IMG/VR virus record: IMGVR_UViG_3300021255_000062
Span: 1 to 64,000 of that record
Source of the DNA: a virus
Lineage: Duplodnaviria; Caudoviricetes
Length of the DNA stretch: 64,000 bases
Strand: one strand, 5' to 3'
Within the stretch, counting starts at the first letter, position 1. Each line of letters starts with the position of its first letter. Made by a program: the position numbers and the translations under genes. Shown one piece after another: positions 57,101 through 64,000 of the stretch. The notes below the pieces were generated by a model. That model was not told where the DNA came from and did not search any database. It saw nothing but the letters and a program-made list of their open reading frames with translations.

Positions 57101-58205
57101 AGATGTAGATAATAATAGAATTATTTATGGTTTAAGTGGTATAACTAGAGTTGGTGATGATTTAATTCGTTTAATTATGAATAATAGACCGTATGAGTCA
57201 ATAGAAGATTTTATTGGTAAAGTTAAAGTTAATAAACCACAAATGATTAATTTGATTAAGTCAGGCGCATTTGATGAGTTATATGGCGGCGATCGTGTAG
57301 TTGCAATGAATAAGTATATTGATTTAATTGCCGACAAAAAGAAAAGAATGACATTACAAAATATGCAAATGTTAATTAATTTTGGTTTCATTCCAGAGGA
57401 ATATGATTTTCAATGTAGGGTTTACAACTTTAACAAATATTTGAAAAAACATAAAATTGATAATTCATATGGTATTGATAATGTTGCTCTAACTTTTTAT
57501 TCAAACAATTTTGATATGGATTTATTAACTCCTTCTGATGAATATGTATTTACTATAAAGCAAACTGATTGGGATAAAATTTACAAAAAGCAAATGGATA
57601 TTATTCGTCCATTTATTAAAGAGAACAATCAAGAGTTGTTAGATAAAGTAAATAATAAACTTAGACAAGATTTATGGGATAAATATTGCTCTGGAACTTT
57701 AAGTCAATGGGAAATGGATTCTATTTCTTGCTATATTCATGACCATGAATTAAAGAATCTTAAAAATGGATTTTATGGATTTGCAGAATATAGTAAACTA
57801 CCAGAGAATCCGATAGTAAGTTATGAATTTCGTTCTAAAGAAACTGGTCAAAAGATTCCATTATTTAAAATTTGTCGTATTGCTGGAACAGTATTAGACA
57901 AAGATAAAAATAAGAAAATGATTACTTTGTTAACCAATGATAGTGTTGTAACTGTAAAAATATTTGGTGATGCTTTTACTCATTATGATAGACAAATATC
58001 AGAAAAGCAACCAAATGGAACTAAAAAGGTAGTAGAAAAGTCTTGGTTATCAAGAGGAAATAAAATTATAGTAACGGGGATTAGAAGAGAAAATAATTTT
58101 ATAGCGAAAAAATATAAAAATACTCCATATCATTTAGTTGAATTAATAACTTCAATTAGTGATGATGGTTATATTACAACTCAAAAGGAGCGAGTTGAAG
58201 TATGA
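54185..58205 (+). CDS. dnaE: DNA polymerase III alpha (DnaE-type), reading frame interrupted by a 10-nt insert at 54239-54248
   Basis: AAGGAGGTGA RBS and ATG 54185 give MKNQLRYPGSLHNHTDFS*, continuing in +1 frame as SNFRLRDS; AITEH, TNDAHY, GRGS, LDVDID, HAGG, KYDILS motifs. Confidence 0.9.
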
Positions 58206-58375
58206 TAAAAACAATTGGTGATTTAATAGAAGAATTAAAAAAGTATCCTCAAGATGCTTTAATATTTGATTTAAATGGAGAACGTCTTGAAGGTCTAAAA
58301 TATTGTGAAGAAATTTATTTGGGAGATCCAGCGAATCCCCGAGTTGAAATTACCGAAGGATATAAACTAGTATGA
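58202..58375 (+). CDS. hypothetical protein (57 aa, below ORF-track cutoff)
   Basis: ATGA overlaps at both ends; TIGDLIEELKKYPQD motif. Confidence 0.6.
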   Translation: MIKTIGDLIEELKKYPQDALIFDLNGERLEGLKYCEEIYLGDPANPRVEITEGYKLV

Positions 58376-59490
58376 GTTATGGACTTTATGATGCTGATTT
58401 ACAATTTTATCCAATTCCATTCTACAACTTGGAATTAATGAAGCTATCCTCCTATTATAAACACAAAAGAGAAATAGTCGGGTTATCTCCCGACTTTTCT
58501 CCCCAAAGATATAGTAATTTTATTGTACGCCAAGATTTTTATAATCCACATACCCAAATCTATAGGGGAAATAATATCACCTATGGCGGCCGCGCATTCG
58601 ACGGTGAAAAATATAAGCCTCTTCCCCTAGAGATAGAAATGATGCAACCAGATATTTCTATATATGAAAGAATAAAACTACGTAATATCAAATGGAATAA
58701 TAAATCAGCAATAAATACAATGCGGCGAGCTGAACATATTCGTCTTTCCCTAGATGAAAAAACCATATGGAAAAACTTTGAAAAACAACTTTCTCATAAC
58801 CCGAAGTGCTTTGGAATTATATTTCATGATTATAACTTAAATCAAATTGACGGTGCATATGAGTTAATAAAAAAAGAATTACCAAATTGGATACCAAATC
58901 AAATCGGACGAAGGATTGGTATGAAATTTCCAGTTCAAGTAAATAATAAAACCGATCTATGTAAGTGGCTGTCTTTAAAATCACTAAACAAATATTTTTC
59001 TTTAAACCATAATGGATTAATTACTAATGATTACATACCAGAATTAGATGAAATCAGAAAACAAAGTCTTAGTTTTAAACAAGCCACTATGGATATATCC
59101 AAGACTTATACTCAAGAAGAACTCATAAATGGAGGAATTCAACGTATTTTCCGCACTATTATAAATTTACGTAGTTATCGATTAGTTTTTCCACTTATAT
59201 ATGATGAGAATCTTTTTGTTGATGAAGAGTGGAAAAAAGTAATGCAATTGATTAATCGTTATAATATTCATTTAATTAAAAGCTATGATAACGATTTTTT
59301 TAGAAGAGTAGAACCTTTTGAAACTCTTTTTAGTTACTGTTATGCAATCATTAGACAACCAAAAATTAAAGAATCTTTACTTAGTAAAGAATCAATAGAA
59401 TCAATTTTTCAATTCGTAAGAGAAAATAATTATGAATTATTTAAAGACTTCTATGAATATAGAGGAGGAGAGGTAAGAAATGACAGGTAA
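58372..59490 (+). CDS. degenerate radical-SAM-associated family protein (no CxxxCxxC)
   Basis: GLYDAD....NLELMKLSSYYK...GG..F....LP.EIE...PD.SIY N-terminus. Confidence 0.55.
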   Translation: MSYGLYDADLQFYPIPFYNLELMKLSSYYKHKREIVGLSPDFSPQRYSNFIVRQDFYNPHTQIYRGNNITYGGRAFDGEKYKPLPLEIEMMQPDISIYERIKLRNIKWNNKSAINTMRRAEHIRLSLDEKTIWKNFEKQLSHNPKCFGIIFHDYNLNQIDGAYELIKKELPNWIPNQIGRRIGMKFPVQVNNKTDLCKWLSLKSLNKYFSLNHNGLITNDYIPELDEIRKQSLSFKQATMDISKTYTQEELINGGIQRIFRTIINLRSYRLVFPLIYDENLFVDEEWKKVMQLINRYNIHLIKSYDNDFFRRVEPFETLFSYCYAIIRQPKIKESLLSKESIESIFQFVRENNYELFKDFYEYRGGEVRNDR

Positions 59491-59674
59491 AGAAATTAAA
59501 GAAAAAATTAATTTCAATAACAAGAAGATTCAATCCATATTGGATCCGACAGTATTTATTTTACAACCAGAAGTTCAAAAATACATGGAAGAAAACGAAT
59601 ATTTAAAAAGTATTTGTGAACATGAATATGAAAACGGAGTTTGTATCTACTGTGGTAAGCCAATAAATCCTTAA
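59480..59674 (+). CDS. small Zn-binding protein
   Basis: CEH...CIYCG; GAGGAGG RBS. Confidence 0.65.
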   Translation: MTGKEIKEKINFNNKKIQSILDPTVFILQPEVQKYMEENEYLKSICEHEYENGVCIYCGKPINP

Positions 59675-59703
59675 AATAATTTATATATCTAGGAGGCGTT
59701 ATC

Positions 59704-61962
59704 ATGCAACACGTTAAAAAAAGAGATGGCAGAATCGTTAAATTTAATAAGAATAAAATTGTAGATGCTATATTAAAAGCTTTTAAACAAGTAGACGGTG
59801 AAATTTCCGACTACGCTTTAGAAAAAGCAAATAATATAGCTGATTTTATTAAAAACACAGACGATGAAATTTTAAATGTAGAAGAGATTCAAGACCTTGT
59901 AGAAAATGGATTGATGAGTCTAAAGAAAAAAGATGTAGCAAGGGCATATATTCTTTATCGTCAAGAAAGAGCTAGAATAAGAAATTGGAATACCGCTACA
60001 ATGGGTAAAATGGCAGAAAAACTAAATGCCTTAAACGTTCAAAATCAAAATGCTAATGTCGATGAATATTCATTTGGCGGCCGCAGAGGTGAGGCGGATT
60101 CAGTTATTTTTAAACAATATGCTCTTGATAATTTAATGAGTGAAACATCTCGCAATAACCATTTAAACAATGAAATTTATATTCATGATTTAGATAGTTA
60201 TGCACTTGGTATGCATAACTGTTTATCAATTCCTTTTGATGATTTATTAGCAAATGGTTTTAATACAAGGCAAACTGATGTACGACCAGCCAATTCTATT
60301 AATACAGCCTTTCAATTAGTTGCGGTTATTTTTCAGCTTCAATCACTTCAACAGTTTGGAGGTTGTTCTGCTACACATTTGGATTGGACTATGGTTCCAT
60401 ATGTAAGAAAAAGTTTTAGAAAACATTATATTGATGGTTTAAAATATATAGAGAACTTTAATGATGAAGAATATTTTAACCATATTCCTGAAAATGCATG
60501 CATTGAAGATGCAGAATACAAAAGTCGACCAAAAGCATATCGCTATGCCATGGATATGACCGAAAAAGAACTGCGCCAGGCGGTTGAGGGTATGTATCAT
60601 AATCTAAATACACTTCAATCTCGCAGTGGCAATCAATTACCATTCACTTCTATCAACTACGGTACTTGTACTTTACCAGAGGGGCGCATGGTAATTAAAG
60701 CTTTATTAGAGGGCAGTATCAATGGTGTAGGTAAACTTCATAAAACCCCAATTTTCCCATGTGGAATTTTTCAATGTATGAAAGGAGTAAATCGTGAACC
60801 TAGAGATCCCAATTATGACCTTTATAAACTCGCTCTCAAATCAACTGCCAAACGACTTTATCCTAACTATGCCAACGTGGACTGGTCAGGAAATGCAGGA
60901 TATGATCGTAACGATCCATGCACCTATTTCTCTACAATGGGATGCCGCACGGCAAACGGTTTTGATATCAATGGGTTTGGACAACTCAAAGATGGCAGGG
61001 GAAATATCTGTCCAGTAACAATTATTCTACCAACATTGGCTATGGAAGCTAGAGAGAAAGTTGAACAAGATAATAAGTATACTCCTTTTGCAATTACTAC
61101 AGCAGAAGATTGGGGAATAGAACATGATAGTTATGTGGAAGAATTTATAAATCTTCTTGATGAAAAAATTCATGAAGCTAAAGATATGTTAATTGAACGT
61201 TTCGAATATATTTGTTCCCAAGACGCATCGAGTGCAAAGTTCATGTATGAAAATGGGACAATGTTGGGATATAAACCAGAAGAAGGAATTAGAAGTGCAT
61301 TAAAGCATGGTACATTAGTAATTGGACAATTAGGACTTGCCGAAACATTGCAAATTCTTATTGGTAAAGATCATACGACTCCAGAAGGAATGGAAATTGC
61401 TAAACGTATTGAACAACTTTTTAAAGATAGGTGCGCTGAATTTAAGCAAAAATATAAACTAAATTTTGGCGTATACTACACACCAGCTGAAAATCTTTGC
61501 TATACAGCTATGAAAAAATTTAAAGAAACTTATGGTGAAATTCCTAATGTAAGCGATAGAGAATATTTTACTAACTCAATGCATGTACCTGTATGGAAAG
61601 AAATTTCTCCATTTGATAAAATTGACATAGAAGCAGAATTAACTGGTTACTCTAGTGCTGGATGTATTACTTATATAGAATTAGAGGGCGCAGTATTGAA
61701 GAATCTACCCGCCCTTGAACAAATTGTTAATTATGCCATGGATAAAGATATCCCATATTTTGCAATTAACGTTCCTAATGATACTTGTCTTGAATGTGGA
61801 TGGACTGGTGAAATAGGAGAACAATGTCCGGAATGTGGTTCTAAATCTATACAAAGACTTAGAAGAGTAACCGGATACTTAACTGGTGACTATAAAACTG
61901 CTTTTAATTATGGAAAACAGAAAGAAGTCGAAGAAAGATTCAGACATAGTGATAAATTATGA
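59704..61962 (+). CDS. nrdD: anaerobic (class III) ribonucleoside-triphosphate reductase with ATP cone
   Basis: VKKRDG ATP cone; IYIHDLD, HNC, MGCR, TPAENL, YFTNS, CLEC/CPEC, RRVTGYL glycyl-radical motif. Confidence 0.95.
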   Translation: MQHVKKRDGRIVKFNKNKIVDAILKAFKQVDGEISDYALEKANNIADFIKNTDDEILNVEEIQDLVENGLMSLKKKDVARAYILYRQERARIRNWNTATMGKMAEKLNALNVQNQNANVDEYSFGGRRGEADSVIFKQYALDNLMSETSRNNHLNNEIYIHDLDSYALGMHNCLSIPFDDLLANGFNTRQTDVRPANSINTAFQLVAVIFQLQSLQQFGGCSATHLDWTMVPYVRKSFRKHYIDGLKYIENFNDEEYFNHIPENACIEDAEYKSRPKAYRYAMDMTEKELRQAVEGMYHNLNTLQSRSGNQLPFTSINYGTCTLPEGRMVIKALLEGSINGVGKLHKTPIFPCGIFQCMKGVNREPRDPNYDLYKLALKSTAKRLYPNYANVDWSGNAGYDRNDPCTYFSTMGCRTANGFDINGFGQLKDGRGNICPVTIILPTLAMEAREKVEQDNKYTPFAITTAEDWGIEHDSYVEEFINLLDEKIHEAKDMLIERFEYICSQDASSAKFMYENGTMLGYKPEEGIRSALKHGTLVIGQLGLAETLQILIGKDHTTPEGMEIAKRIEQLFKDRCAEFKQKYKLNFGVYYTPAENLCYTAMKKFKETYGEIPNVSDREYFTNSMHVPVWKEISPFDKIDIEAELTGYSSAGCITYIELEGAVLKNLPALEQIVNYAMDKDIPYFAINVPNDTCLECGWTGEIGEQCPECGSKSIQRLRRVTGYLTGDYKTAFNYGKQKEVEERFRHSDKL

Positions 61963-62447
61963 ATAGATATAATACAATAATTAAAAATGACATCGTAAAC
62001 GGAGAGGGAGTTTGTGTCTCCTTCTTCGTTCAGGGGTGTCCACATAGGTGCAAGGGATGTTTCAATCCCGAAACATGGAATTTTGAAAGCGGAAAACCAT
62101 ATACTGAAGAGACAAAGAAAGAAATTATTGAAGCTATCTCAGCAAATGGCATACAACGAAATTTTTCGGTCCTTGGCGGTGAACCATTAACATTATATAA
62201 TTTAGAAATGACTGAAGATATTGTCCGTTCAGTGCGCGCGGCCTATCCAGACATTAAAATTTATTTATGGACGGGATATTCTTTTGAAAATGTATCACAT
62301 CCAGATATTTTTAAATATATAGATGTAATAATAGATGGAAAATTTGTTAAAGATTTAAAAAATTTAAATTTAAAACTACGTGGAAGCTCTAACCAAAGAA
62401 TTTGGACTAAAGACGAGGATGGATTTTGGAAGGTACAAAATGATTGA
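61959..62447 (+). CDS. nrdG: anaerobic RNR activating protein
   Basis: NGEG...FVQGCPHRCKGCFN, GGEP, WTGY, DG.F, RGSSNQ. Confidence 0.95.
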   Translation: MNRYNTIIKNDIVNGEGVCVSFFVQGCPHRCKGCFNPETWNFESGKPYTEETKKEIIEAISANGIQRNFSVLGGEPLTLYNLEMTEDIVRSVRAAYPDIKIYLWTGYSFENVSHPDIFKYIDVIIDGKFVKDLKNLNLKLRGSSNQRIWTKDEDGFWKVQND

Positions 62448-62646
62448 AGATATTACTAAAGTTAAAGTTACGAAAATAGAAAAGATTTGCGAGATCCTTA
62501 AAGATAATAAAGTTGAAGAAACTTCTTTTGAATTTGTTATTGGAAGCTTGTTTCCTAAGGTCTATGAAAATATAAAAGAAGAACTTAGACGGCAATATAC
62601 TCTTGGATATACTGCTGGGTTAAAAAATATTAAAACGCCGAATTAA
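62440..62646 (+). CDS. hypothetical protein
   Basis: GGAAGG RBS before ATG 62440. Confidence 0.55.
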   Translation: MIEDITKVKVTKIEKICEILKDNKVEETSFEFVIGSLFPKVYENIKEELRRQYTLGYTAGLKNIKTPN

Positions 62647-62660
62647 TTTTCGGCGTTTTA
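62632..62660 (+). terminator. intrinsic terminator
   Basis: AAAACGCCGAA...TTCGGCGTTTT. Confidence 0.75.
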
Positions 62661-62664
62661 AATT

Positions 62665-62693
62665 TTGACAAAAAAATTTTTTTGTGATATAAT
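62665..62693 (+). promoter_or_regulatory. consensus sigmaA promoter
   Basis: TTGACA-17-TATAAT with TG. Confidence 0.85.
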
Positions 62694-62737
62694 ATATATA
62701 GAAAGTAAGAAATAGGATATAAGGCTAAGGAGATTAT

Positions 62738-63481
62738 ATGAATTTTAAAAGTACTGAGGTTTTTAACTTTGAAGGAGCGATAAGAGGGATGAGAAATCCT
62801 CTTAATTCATGGAACAAAAGTGATAGTTTTCAATGTAATGGTAAAGAATGTCACTTTGAACAATGCTCGGAATACAGCAAGGCAATAGAAAAAGGTTGCG
62901 ACAAAATAAGTAAATACATTATAGGTAAAAAAGATTTAGGATTGGCTCAAAAATTGATTAAGTCAGGACCAGAACACGCAAAATTTCTACGACAAATTTT
63001 TGTAAGTGTTGATATAACTGCACCACTTTATTGGTGGAAGGAAGCAGATACTTACAAAGTAGGCACAACTGCAAACTCAACTTCTACAATGCACAAATTA
63101 ACATCTTATCCAATTACAAAAGAGATGTTTGAATTAGATGATTTCTCCAATATGGACTTTTATGTTGATGATAGTGGAGATGGAAAGCCAATTATGTGGT
63201 ATATAAATGATGATATAGAAGATTTTATTTGGTTTTTAGAAAGTTTACGTCAAAGATATTTAGAAACAAAGAATAAAACTTACTGGCGCGCACTTGTACA
63301 GTTGCTTCCACAAGGTTGGTTGCAAACTCGGACATGGACGGCTAATTATGCAATATTAAGAAATATATACTTTCAACGTAAAAATCATAAATTAAAAGAA
63401 TGGCATCAATTTTGTGACTGGATTAAAACACTTCCATATAGCAAAGAGCTAATCACTCTAGGAGATGAAAATGAAAGTTAA
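62738..63481 (+). CDS. ThyX/Thy1-like protein (divergent)
   Basis: H.KFLRQI.V..DITAPLYWWKE.DTY, NSTSTMH, LLPQG.LQ.RT...NY..L..IY.QR..H.L.EW. Confidence 0.6.
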   Translation: MNFKSTEVFNFEGAIRGMRNPLNSWNKSDSFQCNGKECHFEQCSEYSKAIEKGCDKISKYIIGKKDLGLAQKLIKSGPEHAKFLRQIFVSVDITAPLYWWKEADTYKVGTTANSTSTMHKLTSYPITKEMFELDDFSNMDFYVDDSGDGKPIMWYINDDIEDFIWFLESLRQRYLETKNKTYWRALVQLLPQGWLQTRTWTANYAILRNIYFQRKNHKLKEWHQFCDWIKTLPYSKELITLGDENES

Positions 63482-63722
63482 AGTTTTTACTAAAAATCAA
63501 AATGATAAAATTGAATTCACAGAAGATGAATTACGAAAATTACTTGATGAAATTTATAACGAGGGGTATTTAGATGGAAGAAAAAATAATTATATTTATA
63601 CTACCCCATATACTCATACATATCCATATACCGTTCGTTCAACTTCTACATCTGCTACTTCAGTAGATTGTTCAAATGAATTAAAAGCTACACTTAATAC
63701 CGAAGGAGAAATAAATAAATGA
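63465..63722 (+). CDS. hypothetical protein
   Basis: coupled ORF with AGGAG RBS. Confidence 0.6.
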   Translation: MKMKVKVFTKNQNDKIEFTEDELRKLLDEIYNEGYLDGRKNNYIYTTPYTHTYPYTVRSTSTSATSVDCSNELKATLNTEGEINK

Positions 63723-63940
63723 GATTAATTGAAAAAACAGAAAAATATGTCGTAGACAGCGAAAATGAAGCTATTGAGTTAATAAAGACATCAAAAAAAG
63801 ATGCTGAGGAAAAAAATTATACCCTTGGTTCTAGCGGTTATACTTATAAAACTAAAAAAGCAAAAGGCGAAATTATCGGAGAAGCTTGGGTAGTTTCAAT
63901 TAAAAAAATACTTGGCGGAGTGTGGGATGATTATGAATAA
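63719..63940 (+). CDS. hypothetical protein
   Basis: AAGGAG RBS; ATGA overlap. Confidence 0.65.
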   Translation: MRLIEKTEKYVVDSENEAIELIKTSKKDAEEKNYTLGSSGYTYKTKKAKGEIIGEAWVVSIKKILGGVWDDYE

Positions 63941-64000
63941 TGAATTAAATAACAAAGAAAAATCCATGGAGCAATTAGAAGAACTTTATAAAAACAATCC
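63933..64000 (+). CDS. partial ORF running off window end
   Basis: ATG 63933 overlapping previous stop, open to end. Confidence 0.4.
   Translation, partial: MNNELNNKEKSMEQLEELYKNN

Noticed and set aside
54258-58205. ORF-track start of dnaE at TTG 54258
   Set aside because: Omits the conserved HxH PHP motif and has poor RBS spacing compared with ATG 54185. Kept only as the alternative split-gene model.
1-64000. tRNA, rRNA, CRISPR arrays, integrase/att sites
   Set aside because: None recognised by eye and intergenic spaces are short. A tRNAscan/Infernal run would be needed to exclude them formally.

Overview
A 64-kb segment of a large, AT-rich (roughly 30-33% GC by eye) tailed dsDNA phage, most likely infecting a gut Firmicute (Clostridia/Lachnospiraceae-like RBSs, sigmaA-type promoters, anaerobic RNR, GH25+CHAP lysin). 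Layout: small accessory genes plus a dNMP kinase and an ATP-dependent DNA ligase (1-4.4 kb). A minus-strand block follows (4.5-33.8 kb) with receptor-binding/fibre cassettes, a six-gene low-complexity module of unknown function, lysis genes and tail-tip genes (Dit, Tal-like, fibre, DUF859-like). Then come nucleases, a short UvrD helicase and a four-gene paralogue array (33.9-38.8 kb), and a plus-strand replication/nucleotide block (gyrB, gyrA, SSB-like, AAA ATPase, DnaB with an Ala1 class-3-type intein, primase, RecJ, HNH endonuclease, DnaE, NrdD/NrdG, ThyX-like). Main finding: the true dnaE start is at 54185, overlapping the stop of the HNH gene, and its conserved PHP motif (HNHTDFS|NFRLRDS) is broken by a 10-nt insert (TAGGTGATCC). 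The insert has stops in both relevant frames, synonymous Ser take-off/landing codons and a 9-nt complement to the 16S rRNA 3' end. This is a candidate homing-endonuclease plus ribosomal-bypass cassette analogous to T4 mobA/gene 60. Also striking is a large excess of GC-only palindromes (8 GCGGCCGC, 6 GGCGCGCC). No capsid, terminase, tape-measure, tRNA or CRISPR sequences were recognised. All assignments are from motif recognition, with no database searches.
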